Shown one piece after another: positions 11,701-24,250 of a stretch of 64,000 bases of DNA. Location: positions 136,896,001 to 136,960,000 of the forward strand of contig NC_083226.1 in NCBI RefSeq assembly GCF_032191835.1, read 5' to 3'. The translations under genes and the position numbers were made by a program. Under the pieces are notes generated by a model that was given only the letters and a program-made list of their open reading frames with translations, was not told the DNA's origin and made no database searches. Source of the stretch: Heteronotia binoei. Taxonomy: Eukaryota. Position 1 is the first letter of the stretch. Each line of letters opens with the position of its first letter.

Positions 11701-12990
11701 AAGATCAAAATGAAATAAACAGTACTGCTGGTGACAATAAGATATCTCTGTTTTATTGATAAATGTCTATGGAATGTAGAACCTTACCTGAAATTGTGCA
11801 AGGATTTCTAGCAGGCTGAAAAAAGGATTCCAGTGTGAACAGATGGCTCTGGAAAAACTTGGCAAGCTGATCACAAACTTGGCAAGCTGATTGACTATCT
11901 TTTCCACTTGCCAATGGCTGCTTTCAGCCTGAAAATGTCCAAGACCTAAATAGTGTCCAAAACCTGGTGTGGCTTTATTTCATGTAGGGTCTACACATGC
12001 AGCAGTTTGAGGCAGCAGAATCCTCATGTCATGGACTTGAGTGTGCTAGAAATGAAAACCAAACCTGAATTCTCTTGAGCTTCCCCCTGCATTTTCTAGG
12101 CCTTCCCCTATTGTCCAGAACAAGGCCATTTTAGATCCTCTAAGCCTTCTTGGTCTTTCTAAGAAGCTAATGCCTGTAGTCTTTCTCTGAAACAGTGTTA
12201 TTTTAAACACCAGCTGAGAGACAGCAGGGTAGACAGGCTTATCACCCTGAAGGTCAGTTGTTTGGAAGGAGAACAAGGAACTCAGAGACATGCACAATGA
12301 GAACATACAGTTTCCGAAGGTCTCATAAGGACCCAAGGAGGGTCCAACCATCTTATCATACCAAAGACTTTTGCAACATGTACGGAACATATAATTTTTC
12401 ATGATTACTCTGATGCATAGTAGTCTCATAAGGCAGTTTTTCATAACAGAATATAAAATGACTGCCCCACAAGCAGCAAGGGATCGTCCTTCTGCACAGG
12501 AGAGTCCACCCTGCTCTGTCAGTCTGTTCTTTTCTACCCACTGCAGGTGAGCTCTACTGGAGAAATGTACTCTGTCTGAAGAAGTGTTCATGCATACAAA
12601 AGCTTTGTTGATCTTAAAGGTGTGTCTGGACTCAAACATAGGACTGTCTGTACCTATGTTTGTCTTTTCTTCCTGGCACAATCTAGAAGTCTGTGCAGGA
12701 TTGCTTCTAAATTGCTTGCTGTCTGTTGTTGGATACATTCCGCTTTGGATGAGAGCCTGTTTCTTTGAGCCTTTGTGCCTTTAGGAGTGAGAGCAGCAAG
12801 AGTGCTTACAAGATAAGATTCTGCAGCTCTTGAGGAAGGCCCTGATCCTCCCTTTCACAACAAGGTTGCATCGATGTGACCAAGTTGTTGAGAGAATATT
12901 TCCCCAGGGGCTTAGAGATCTTGATGAAGAACTGCCCTCTGCCGTCCACCGCTGTGAAGTAGGACAGGACCAGATTCCGTAGCTGCAATC

Positions 12991-13123
12991 TCACACACTA
13001 AATAGTGCACTTTCAACCCACTTTCAGTGCACTTTCCAACTGGATTCTGCTAATTCATGCAGTAAAATCCAGTTGGAAAGTGCATTAAAAGTGGGTTGAA
13101 AGTGCACTATTTAGTGTGTGTGA
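12991..13123. mobile_element. Palindromic MITE-like element (second copy 55191-55328)
   Basis: ~56-bp near-perfect inverted arms TCACACACTAAATAGTGCACTTTCAA...GGATT / AATCC...TTGAAAGTGCACTATTTAGTGTGTGTGA. Confidence 0.8.
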
Positions 13124-15310
13124 TCACAGACCCTGTTTCCAACAAGTGAACCACTGCACCTGGGGAATTCTGTGACAATACTCCCTCAAAGATCCTACAA
13201 TTGAAAATCTCCAGACTATTGTGGGGAGAAGTTCTGTCCCAGTGTGTTTTCTACTATACATGTCATCATCTACTTGCAAGGGGTTTTCAGTGTATACAGC
13301 AGAACTGCAAATTACACCCTCTGGTTTGAAACTATACAGTCCATGTTGTGTCACCTGATTCTTCTGTATGTATAGACCAGACCTCTCTCTTGATCTTTCT
13401 CAGCCCTGCCAACTGAGTTCTAAAACAAAGCCATGAAGGGCAAGATCAGCAGCATGGCGTGTTACTTCTTGGAGCCTCCTTTCACATTCCTGGAGCATAT
13501 AAGGATTTAAGAATGCCACTAGATGGCGCCCGAATAGTAAAGTTACAGTCCAGTGCACATTTTCTTTGCATCAGTCTCCACTGAACTTTGGGTAAACACA
13601 TGCACAGCATATAGCTACATTATTTTGTATATTTCACTGAATCACCTAATGTTGTTTACATTAACATATGAACATAAGAAGGTCCCTGCTAGGTCAGACC
13701 AAAGCAGCTAAGCATTTAAAAACTCCACTAAGATGGCTCCTGAACATCTTCACTGTCCCATAAACCCTTCTTGTAATTTGAAATTAGTTTTGCACCAAGT
13801 CACCTACAACTTACAATTCATACCATTTCAGGTTCCTACTCCTGCTCATCTTCTAATGTGATTTATGTCAACAGTGCCCTTCCACTCTCTACATTGGACA
13901 AACAGGCCAGCACCTTTGACAAAGAATTAATGGACATAAGTCTGATATCAGAAAACACAACATTCAAAAAACAGTGGAACATTTTAACTTTCCAGGACAT
14001 TCAGTTGTAGACCTAAAATTTTTAACGTTTTTGAGGAGTTAGAAGTAACATTACTTGTGTGAAGGCAGCAAACAGGACGGAAGCTGTGGTCCTAGACTGA
14101 TGAAAAGGCTGTGTTTGTGCTCTTCAGCATAGCACATTTCAAGTTTCTTCTCCATATAAGGGAAAATAAGAAGCAAGCATCACAAACTCAGAACTACATC
14201 TGCCAATCGCACATTCATTTGCCAACTGCATCTTCCCACATTCTCTAGCTGCATTATCTTTTGTGCATAGATTAACATGATTATATTGTTTCTTGTTTCT
14301 TGAGACAAGTATGGAAAGAAGTTTATTATACAGTTTCTAAAAAAGAACTCTGACAATTCTTCTGCATCACCCAGAGCAGACTAGGGAACAAAAAATGGCT
14401 CTGGGAAAGGGCCTCTCATTCCCCAGCTTTCCCCCAATCCCCAAAGGAGTTCAAAAGGTGAAGCTTTACTCTCTGTCAGTTTTCTCTACGCCATACATGA
14501 TTATATAAATCTCTGTCATGTTGCCTACACCAGTAACTATTTGCTCCCCAAGGATGGAATAAAGAGTCAGACACAGAGTATTGGTATAAAATTGGGCCAC
14601 TTTATTCAATATTCTAATAAACAGCAAGGGTACCCCACCAGCGGCCTGGCCAGGGCTAGGGGTCACCGCGGCCACTCCCCTGCCATTAACGGGCGAGAGA
14701 CCGAGTCCCCCAGCTGGAGATGAGTGTTACTCAGCTCCCTCCAGGCAGGCCCAGCAGGGAGGCACGCACCAGAGGGCCCAAACCCAGACGCACGTCTCGT
14801 CAGAAAGGCACCCTCTAGCTGAGCCTCCCAGACAGTCTGCATTCTCCAAACCCGGGTCTTTAAACCCAAAGGCTGATCATGCCAGACCCCAAATTCCCCA
14901 AAAGGGGGATGCTTCACAGTCCTCCCCTAGCTGCATAGTGCCCTAAACTCCAAAAACCTGCCACTACTAAGGCCAAGTCTCTACTTAGGGCTTAGTGCCC
15001 ACCGGGAGGCCCAAAGCCACCAGCAACCCTTTCTGCAAATCTCTCAGGAAGCATATTAACCTTTTCCGAGAGATGGACCCCATTCCCTCTGTAGAGGTCA
15101 GAAAATTTCAAAAAAATGTCCGGATGGGGCAAATAGTGGCCCAATCCCTTTCCCAGCACCTTCCTGATCTCCTTATTAGCCTTATACCGGGCCCTTTTTA
15201 TAGCTTCAGGGTCCCAAGCACAACGCCACACCAGGCGGGGTAGCATGGCTGACCAAATTATGGTGGTTCCATGCCATCGCTCCCGAATGTGCTCGAAATC
15301 ATCCCGGGCG

Positions 15311-16213
15311 TGATATCCAGGAAGACACCCCTGTACTTATTCCCAAGCCATGCACCCCTGGAATGTGATATTGCAATGTAACCCTAGAATATTAAATATG
15401 ACACAGCAATGCCCATTTGAATTGGAATGGTCTCTCTTGCACATAAGGGAGAAAAATCCAGTTCCTTCTTAGCCCAAAGCAGGCTGTGGTGTGGTTCTGG
15501 TTCACAAGCCAGAACAACATGTGGCCAGCTGGAAGGTTGAGAAGCGTCCATCTTTCTGCTCCTGGGAATGAAAAAGTTCCGGGCTCAGAGAGAGACAAAT
15601 GTGGGCAGTGCTATAAAAATTCCTCCACTCTTTTGGCAACCTTTAAAGTCCTGTTAAAGAAATAAGAATGACCCAAGAAACCTCCAACACAAATAAATGG
15701 CTTGTCTGTTATTCCTCAGGGCAAGACAGCAGGTTAATTGAGTGATGTGACGTAATTTACCCTAGAAAACAGGCAACCCCACCTGTCAGGTGAGATGGTT
15801 GAAGAAGAAGAAAAAAGGAAGGAAAAAGGGAATCCCTTCATCCTCTCCTTCCTCCACCCCCTTCCTACCCTCACCCCACCCCTCTTCTCAAGAGAAATCT
15901 CCCTCCAGAGGCCTTGTATTTCCTCTGACTGAGTCTACCCTGCAAAGATCTAGGTATTGTATCACTTTCCCCCATCCATACTGATTCAGCTAACCTCTTT
16001 TGTATTCCTCTTGTATGCTTGAAATTGTTTGATTGGGATGTAACTATTTGAAAACCTATGCTATAATAAAATCCATTATTAACCAAAGGATTTTCAGTGG
16101 TCTATCTCCGTAGACATAGACATAGATCCTGTACACCTCACCTCTCGTAGGCCTACCATTTTGAGCTAAGAAATATTAATATTCCTCAATAAAAGGTTGT
16201 TTGAGGTGTAACA
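15311..16213 (+). mobile_element. Solo LTR (~900 bp) inserted in the Ngaro SGNH ORF
   Basis: TG...CA termini (TGATATCC...GTGTAACA). 4-bp flanks GGCG/GGCC. CTATAAAA ~15611, AATAAA ~16066 and ~16188. Removing it rejoins GKALVWQA-RDDFEHIRERW. Confidence 0.72.
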
Positions 16214-16649
16214 GGCCTGCCAAACTAAGGCCTTGCCCTTTAAGAGTCTCAGATCGTTACCTCCCAGGTGAACAATTAAAACCTGAGGAGGAGGACCCAT
16301 ACAGTCTTTAAACACCAAAGGCAGCAGGCCCGGCCACTGAAGGCCCCAGCGCCCCCGCCATTCAATACACACATGCTGGCTGAGTCCCAGCTGAGAGCCA
16401 ACCGCAGTTCTCTGAGCCTGATGAGCGGCCCAAAACATGTGGCCATGGCCGCATACGAGAACTCGGCTCCTCTGGCCAGGAGCAACAGCATCTAAAGAGA
16501 GAAAACAGTTAAACAAGAACAGAACCAACAATAAACAGACACCAAGTCACTCAAGGCCTAATAAAAGGTCGCACGTAAGCCTTATAGGCCGAGGAACACC
16601 ACCTTGTAAGGAAAGCCCCCTACTTTTCATACATATGAACATCGTGATC

Positions 16650-17807
16650 ACCAGTATGGTTGCCAGGATGCCTGGAGTTTTGACTCTCACATATCTGCTC
16701 TAAGAAGTGGACTTTGCTTACAGTTTCTAAGGCTTATGTGGATACTATAAGCCTCAGTTTTGCAGCAGCATTCTACATCTGGATGGGTGTTAGCCAGAAC
16801 TACAGAAGTGCTGCCAGCTAAAAGAAGCCATGCCACCATGAACTGTACAAGCAAACAGTTTCCAGCCTGTCTCCATGAACCAAAGGCTAGCACCACCAGA
16901 ATCCATCTTGTTTTCCTGACTTCATATCCTACTGCTGCTTCAACTTTTACATAAGGCCATCAAGCTTATCCAGGCATGGATCCTGCCAGACCACTCAAGC
17001 ATTTGTTTAATGAAACCCAGGACAAAGACTAGGTGCCAGGAAGAAGATAGAAAAAGAGGAAGATCATCTTCTACATGAGCTAAGTCTTTGTCTAATCCGG
17101 GTGATACCTAGGTCAATATTTGAGTCTCTATTGTCACCTTTTCAGATAAGCTCATATAATCTTAAGTGTTCCCCATCCAGTAATCACTTCTATTATTCTT
17201 CCCAACTGTCATTTTGGAGCTTGCCCCCACGGCCTGTTTCAATCTGAAAGTTCTTTCAGGTACCCAGGATCCAGGCAAGTTCATTGGTCAAGACAGGTAC
17301 CCAATTAGGTGTCACCAAGGAACTTGCTATTGGCTCTGTAATAGTCCAGCCCTCCTGGTCATTGCAGAGCCTCCCCTTTCTCCTCCCTCTGACCTCCCAG
17401 CCCCTGAGGGTCTAAGGCAGTCTATTTAACCTCTGACCCAACTCCACTCGTGTGCTTCTATCAGTAACCCACCTTCCGCTGCATAGATCCATCCCCGATT
17501 CCTGATCAGTTTCGGGTCCCTTCCCCCTCCCTGTCCTCTTTTGTCGCCATCGGAGCCTTCTTCGAAAACTAAGAGAGGTAATATAACCCTGTATGTCAAT
17601 CCTTATATGTTCCCCTATCGATCTGTCTATATTTCCTAGGACTGTGTGAATGTGTGATTGTATTTGTATCCTGTATGAACGACTATATTTTTCTCAATAA
17701 ATTACAATTGGTTTTATTAAATTAGAATCCAAATATTTGAGCATCACTCTCTGGTTGGTGGATCTTGTATACAAAGGTAAAAAGATTCCGAGTGAGCCTG
17801 GTGCCCA
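16650..17807 (+). mobile_element. LTR-like insertion between the Ngaro recombinase and SGNH ORFs
   Basis: Several ATTGG boxes, TATTTAA ~17422, AATAAA ~17696, ends ...GTGCCCA. Left boundary and TSD not resolved. Confidence 0.4.
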
Positions 17808-17812
17808 CCTAA

Positions 17813-18700
17813 CTAATTCCCCAACCTCGTTTGGAGGGCATTTAGGCTAACAACCTGCCCAATCTCTGAATGGAAGTGGAAGGATACCCCATTACCTGCT
17901 GTTGAGGCTGCCCCAATTCTAAAGGAGTGGGTCCCAAACTGCACCCCAGACAACCCCAACTCACCCAAAGCCCGTGACATTACTGCCCAAAACTGATGCA
18001 ACCATTCAAACCATTCGAATGTATAAACAAAAACCCCTCCATGGGCCCCCTAACTGCCAAAGAAGAAGCCAACGCAGTAACTGGACACAGCTCAAGATCT
18101 GAACAACAACCCAACTCGAGCACCGTACCCTTCTGCAACTGATCCGTCTTAGAGCGATGGACAGTGATGACTGCCTTACCCGCAAATAGCTGCAGATCCC
18201 TTAACAACAGAGCCTTACCAGAAACATCGTTTCTAGACCAGCTCACTTACTCTAAAAGCCCCAAAAAAGGCTAACAAAGGCGCAGCGTGAAACAAACATG
18301 CTTCAAATGACGAAGCACACACCACGTCCCAAACCCTCTTCAAACCCCGCAGAATCAAAGGAGACACAGGATTCGGTGTATCAACCCTGGGACTGGCCTC
18401 TTTGGCCCACCCCTCCAGCATCTTTCGAATACGAAAGTCAGCTGTTTCTTCCCTATAACCCAGCGCCTTACTGACAAAAGCCAATGCAGACAGGCGCCCC
18501 CTAATGGCTTGCACAGCCAACCCCTTACCTCGCAGCAAAACACGGTAATGGAGCAAATGCTCTACCGGGAGGGGCCAAACCCCGCAATACCCTACCTCAG
18601 CCCTAAAGTCTTCAAACTGCTGCACAGCCCGTTCGTAAGACTTCCTGGTGCTGGGCAAAATAGCTAGACCTATTGCTCTGCAGGCCTCGGCTCTCCAATC
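17813..18700 (-). pseudogene. Ngaro tyrosine recombinase, frameshifted into three ORF pieces
   Basis: MADWRAEACRAIGLAILPSTRKSY...AFRVSELV; VITVHRSKTDQLQKG...CPV; GTHSFRIGAASTA. Confidence 0.85.
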
Positions 18701-19376
18701 AGCCATAGCTCCTGGGGCATTGGCACCGGCTCTTTGTCGGCATCTGGGGCCAGCTGACAAAACCTCTCCATCTGTTTACGAGATAGAGCATCAGCCACCC
18801 CATTACTCACCCCAGGAACATGCTTGGCTAAAAACAAAATGTTAAGCCGCAAACAGCACAGAGTGAAGGCCCTCACCAATCTCATAACCCGGCCAGATTT
18901 GGATGAAAGGGAATTAATGACGTGGACCACCGTCATATTATCACACCAAAAATGGACAGTGTGATTGGCCATATCCTTCCCCCACAGCCAAACCGCGTCT
19001 AAAATAGGAAAGAACTCGAGAAACGTAAGATCCCGGTTCACACCAACCTTTACCCAGGAGTCAGGCCAACTATCCGCGCACCAATGTCCACGGAAATAGA
19101 CTCCAAAACCCAAGAAACCAGCAGCATCATACATGACCTGAAGCTCAGCTTCGAGCCTCATGTTGTCCCTCCAAAAAGAGACTCCATTAAAGGACTCCAA
19201 AAATTCCTGCCAAACCCTCAAATCATCCCTCTTGCTGCAGGTGACCCTAGTTCTATGCTGAGGCAAGTGTAACCCTGCCATAGCATCGCACAGCCTTCTA
19301 AGAAAAGCCCTCCCAGGAACAGCCACTTTGCAAGCAAAGTTGAGGTGCCCAACTAGCTGCTGCAACTCCAACAAAG
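18670..19376 (-). pseudogene. Ngaro RT thumb plus RNase H remnant (RT catalytic core deleted)
   Basis: DIRS-type RNase H motifs are present. No YxDD. Joined directly to gag sequence at ~19376. Confidence 0.8.
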
Positions 19377-20005
19377 TCCAAATACTGGAACAGGGATGCT
19401 GCCCGCCACGGCTGCGCCCTCGCAATCACCCCGGCATAAATAAAGAACCCAGGAAGCCAATTAGCCCAGGTCCTGTCCACCTTCTGTTTTTTTCAATTTT
19501 TCCTTCTCTTTCTCATCCAATTCTTCCTTGTCTTTTGTCTCAACCTCCCAAAAGAGAAGAGAAAAAATATCCACGTACTCCCCTTTTAATATTTTTTCCC
19601 TAGTAGCGGGAAGCAAGTGGTCTCCCAGCGGCAAGGCAACCTCCCCAAATGGCAAAACAGCAAAAGGCACCATCCCATATGTTGAGGGTGCCCCCATAAA
19701 GGAACCAGCCATGCCAGGATGCCCTGCGCCCGGGTACACACTAGAAACGCCTTGCCCACATGGCCAAGCCCAATTCTGAAATGCACCCAACGCAGAGGAG
19801 GCAGACACCCCCGCATTTGACATGGAAGCGCCCTGCCCGGCCGCCAAAGCAGGCCCCCATGCTCCCCATGGCCAAACCTGCCCAGGCCCCGCCTGCAAAT
19901 TATCACTCGACCTACCTCCGAATCCAGCAGGAACCAATGGCAAACCGACCCCTGATGCTCCAGCCGCCGCCATCAAACCCGCATCCGGACTGCAAAGGCC
20001 AGCAT

Positions 20006-20538
20006 TAGGGTTGCCAAGTCCAATTCAAGAAATATCTGGGAACTTTGGGGGTGGAGCCAGGAGACTTTGGGGGTGGAGCCGGGAGAAATTAGGGGTGGGG
20101 CCAAGATCAAGGCTGTGACAAGCATAATTGAACTCCAAAGGGAGTTCTGGCCCTCACATTTAAAGGGACGGCACACCTTTTCAATTCCTTCCTTCCATAG
20201 AAAATAATGAAGGATAGGGGCACCTTCTTTTTGGGCTCATAGAATTGGACCCCTGGTCCAATCTTTTTGAAACTTGGGGAATATTTTGGGGAGAGGCACT
20301 AGACGTTATACTGAAAATTTGGTACCTCTATCCCAAAAAACAGCCCCCCCCCCCCGAGCCCCAGATACCCGCAGATCAATTCTCCATGATTTTCTATGGG
20401 AATAAATCTCCATAGGGAATAACAGAGTTCCCAGCAGACATTTCCCTCCCCTCCCCCCGCTTTCTGATGACCCTGAAGCGGGGGGAGGGTCTCCAAACCG
20501 GGGGATCCCCTGCCCCCACCTGGGGATTGGCAACCCTA
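20006..20538. mobile_element. hAT MITE (Blackjack-like TIR), 533 bp, inserted in Ngaro gag
   Basis: TIRs TAGGGTTGCCAA / TTGGCAACCCTA. Perfect 8-bp TSD GCCAGCAT (19998-20005, 20539-20546). Confidence 0.93.
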
Positions 20539-22199
20539 GCCAGCATCCCTGCCAGGCACGACTCCACTAGACCTGCCCTCAAGAATAGACAACCTGATGA
20601 GAATACTCGCCTGCTTACCCTTCTTAGATTGCCTCACACCATCCTCCCCACCTGGAGAAAGGATGCCCGCTGCCTGTTCCAATGCTCTCAATCTACAAGC
20701 AATATTGGAATCAACCACCATATCACCCTCCTCATCAGAAGAGGATAACAGTGGTGGTGGCCTTTTCGCAGGAGCCTTGGGCGCCTTAGGCGCTGGCTTT
20801 TTTCCTTTGGGCTTGCCCGACCCTTTTTCACCAGCCATCTAAATAGCAAGCACAAGACCACAAAATGGCCTCCTGCAGCTCCACTTTAAAATGGCTTCCC
20901 CCTGGAAGAAGAAAGGGAACTCAAAATGGCCACAAAAGCCGCTGCTGCACACCAATGTCTCCAGTAGGAGAAAAATGGGGGGGAGGGGGAGGCTCTCCAA
21001 AATAGTCACCTGCCAATCTCAAGGGCAATAATAAAAAACCCAGGTTGCCCCACAGGCCCACACCCTCAAAAATTAAAAGGGGAAAGACCAACCCCTGGGC
21101 TCCACAACCCCTGCCCCAGCAGACCCCAAACCCTAGGCAGACTCAGCCAACAAGGACACCGCCTCCACCGCCTCCGATGCCACCGCCAGCCCGCAGCACT
21201 GCAGCCGACGCTCCAGCCGACACCGATGCTCCAGCCAACACTTCAGCTGCCGCTGCCCAGTCAACTGCCCTAATAAACCCCGACGTCCAACCAAAAACAA
21301 AAGAAAAGCCTCAGCCTCAGCCGATCGTCTGCCAAGACGAAGGAGCCGATGAGGAGCATCCTGCCTTTTCCTCTGCGTGCCGAAACGGGTGCCCCCTGAC
21401 TCTTCCCATCCAGGGAAGCAAACCCTGCTCATGCAGCCTAGCAGCTACACTGCAGTCTGCAAGCATAAGATTCTCTAAATTAAAAAGGTCCAAATATACA
21501 GATTTCTGTTGTATGAAAATAATTCATTTTGGTTGACTTTTTACTATGTTTTTTTACCAGTGTATATAGCATAATTTTATATATTTTTGCATTTTCCCAA
21601 CTACTAAGCAATTAAAATTTTTAGGAGCAATAGTACTAGTAGAGTTTATTTTCTTTTGAATGAGCATGCACAGGAGTCTTACAGCATCTTGTAAAATTTG
21701 TATTATTTAAAAGTATACAGGGGAAGCTCAGGTGCAGGGGATGAAGTCTTCCTACAGGGCAATGGGTCTCCAACATCAACTCCACAGAGAGAACCAAGGT
21801 GAGGCTTTGTACATCAAAGTGTTATGCAACACTGTCTTTGGGGTGGGGGACAACATGTGCACAGGCATGTATAGTTTCCCTGCTGCTGCTGCTGCTGCTT
21901 CACAGCAGCAATGGGACTTCCACATGGTAGGTTTCCTTGTAGTTTCCCTGTCTCCTAGCGGTGGCCACTCACATGCACACTGCTACCGGAGATTTCTCAC
22001 TCAGTTTCTCTCTCCAAAGCTGCCAAGCTAGGGTTTCTTCAAATTTATAAGGAATAACAATTTTTGTAATCAGCAATTAGGAATCTCATTCAAGAAGTTA
22101 TTGATATCAGGGGACCGTGATTGATTGATTCAATTTATAAACCTTCTCTTAACAATTAGGAAAAATCCAGTCAACAGCCCTGATTCCCATCAAATGACA

Positions 22200-22520
22200 A
22201 AAGGAAAAAGGAAAGGAAAGGTCCCCTGTTCAAGCACCAGTCGTTTTTTACTCTGGGGTGACGTTGCTTTCACAACGTTTTCACGGCAGACTTTTTACGG
22301 GGTGGTTTGCCATTGCCTTCCCCAGTTATCTACACTTTCCCTCCAGCAAGCTGGGTACTCATTTTACCAACCTCGGAAGGATGGAAGGCTGAGTCAACCT
22401 TGGGCCAGCTACCTCAATCCAGCTTCCGCCGGAGTCAAACTCAGGTCGTGAGCAGAGAGTTCAGACCACAGTACTGCAGTACTGCTGCTTTAGCACTCTG
22501 TGCCACGAGGCTGCTCAAAT
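22200..22520 (-). mobile_element. Sauria SINE
   Basis: Antisense Sauria body: AAAGGTCCCCTG...GGGGTGGTTTGCCATTGCCTTCCCC...GCTGGGTACTCATTTTACCAACCTCGGAAGGATGGAAGGCTGAGTCAACC. Confidence 0.85.
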
Positions 22521-23303
22521 GACAAAAACATGGCAATTAATCAATTATTGTCCAAATCACAATACTCAGTTGGAAATTCACAATACAAAGGATTTACTTT
22601 TCTGGTCCTTTTATTTCAGATCATGTCTGAAAACCAGCAGAAAATAGGCATTAGAAGCCTCAACTGGCTCAGCTTTTATTCAGAGCAGATAGATTTCCTA
22701 GTCTGATATTATAAATACATTCTCTCCATGATGGTCGTTAGAAACTTGCAGTATGCCAGATGGAAATCATTTCTCTGTTAACACAGTCGACTTCAGTAAA
22801 CATTGTAATTTAAACCAGAAACACCAGCTACTCTGATAAACAGAGATAAAAACCATCAACAGCACAGGAATCCAAGGTCAGTTTATGTAGCAAGGATGCA
22901 TCTGCACTGTTATCTCCCCCCTCCCCTAACCTCCAAAGCAACAAAGAAAAGACATTTTCCTTTGGTACCAGGACGCTGCTCACTTAAGGAGGGAAATAAA
23001 TTCGCAGAGTTGTCTAAGTGATATTTTTTTAAAATCAATCAGGAGGGAGACATTAAAAACCACAGTCATCCTTTTCCTCAGTTCTACCCTTTCCTTAGTT
23101 AGGTGGGGATGGTTCTTGGACTGTGTGGTTAATGTTGTGTCTCCTCTCCTGTTCTTTTAAGTTAATGGTCATGCTCAAATGGGACAAATAATGGACTTAG
23201 ATTTTTGCAGATCAGAAAAAAGGCATTTTAGCAGCCCAGCTGGGAACTGTTTTTTGCTTGCAGCCTTTTCTTCCAGTCCAGGCAACCAAATTCTAGAGTA
23301 GAA

Positions 23304-23370
23304 ATGGACCCTTCTCTGCAGGTGTGGTTGTCTGTCCTCTGCATCTTATTCAGCACAGCAGGAGCAAACA
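23304..23370 (+). CDS. F2R-like: PAR1-like receptor B, coding exon 1 (signal peptide)
   Basis: GAAATGG start. Encodes MDPSLQVWLSVLCILFSTAGAN, then the donor A|GTAAGT at 23371 (phase 1). Homologous to exon 1 of copy A. Confidence 0.87.
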
Positions 23371-24250
23371 GTAAGTACAACCTACCATGGTTTTTTTAAC
23401 ACCAGTCACTTTAGCTCAAGAGGGAGGGGAAGGGCTATATGTTCCCTGTTTGTTACTTTTTCTTTGTTGTGGAATTTCACACCACCTTTTCCTATGGATT
23501 GTGCCTTGAAAGACAGCCAAAACTAAGGGCGGAACAGAACACTTGAGTTCTTGAGAGATTTTCTTCCCAGTGTTTGTGGGATGTTTTTGAGTATGTGTAA
23601 TAATTTATTTGGCATTTGATCCTAAAAGATGCCATTCCAGCTAAAAATCACAAAAATACAAACCAATAACTCTGAATTTTGCACAAAATAAATGTAATCC
23701 ATACACTATCCATCGTTTGTCACTATTGATTGTACTCCCATTCTTAGGGAGGTTTTTCGCATAGAATCTAGTACATTACTAAAGAGGTACTTTCACACAC
23801 ACACACACTGAACATAACCTTTCATACATCTGATGAAGTGAATTCCAGCTCTTGTAAGCTTATGTCAGAATAAACTTGTTACTATTTATGAAGCTGCAAA
23901 ACTCTTTACTTATTAGAAGTAAAGTCACACAAGTTCTTTCTGGCCACTCTTCAATGCTTCATGATCCTTTTTAGGATATATCCCTCTCCCTATTTTCCCA
24001 CCCAAGCATATCAAACTGTGGAAGATGTGGATGCAGTTGTGCATATTCATCACTTATAAGAAAAACAGCTTAGGGGAAAAGAATGGTGTTTCTGCTTTTT
24101 CATTGTTTTTATGTTGTACCACGCAGCTTTTAATTGGAAACTACATCAAGCACTTTGGTGAAAGAGTTATATATACATTACTAGATAAAACAAATGAATG
24201 TATTAGTGTCTGGCATGCATGTGCAATTAATATATTGCTTCATCTTTCAG

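Larger units (their letters stand above)
14540..21464 (-). mobile_element. Ngaro-type (DIRS superfamily) tyrosine-recombinase retrotransposon, decayed and interrupted
   Basis: Minus-strand order: gag-like (20838-19380); RT thumb/RNase H (LELQQLVGHLNFACK, FWCDN, HVPGVSNGVADALSR); tyrosine recombinase (PSTRKSY, FFGAFRVSEL, THSFRIGAASTA); SGNH-like ORF (HLGGNDL...GVHLS). Both ends are shared with 39588-40364. No TSD. A CR1 remnant appears to continue across both flanks. Confidence 0.88.

Noticed and set aside
12046-12738. 230-aa minus-strand ORF
   Set aside because: No recognisable domain, partly built from a Penelope-like fragment, and no convincing splice or start context.
21045-21536. 163-aa Pro-rich ORF
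   Set aside because: Antisense to the low-complexity 5' leader of the Ngaro element.
24025-24250. N-terminal 75 aa of the 441-aa ORF (likewise 6932-6959 and the GTG start at 61366)
   Set aside because: Intronic read-through upstream of clear phase-1 acceptors; the true starts are in the separate signal-peptide exons.
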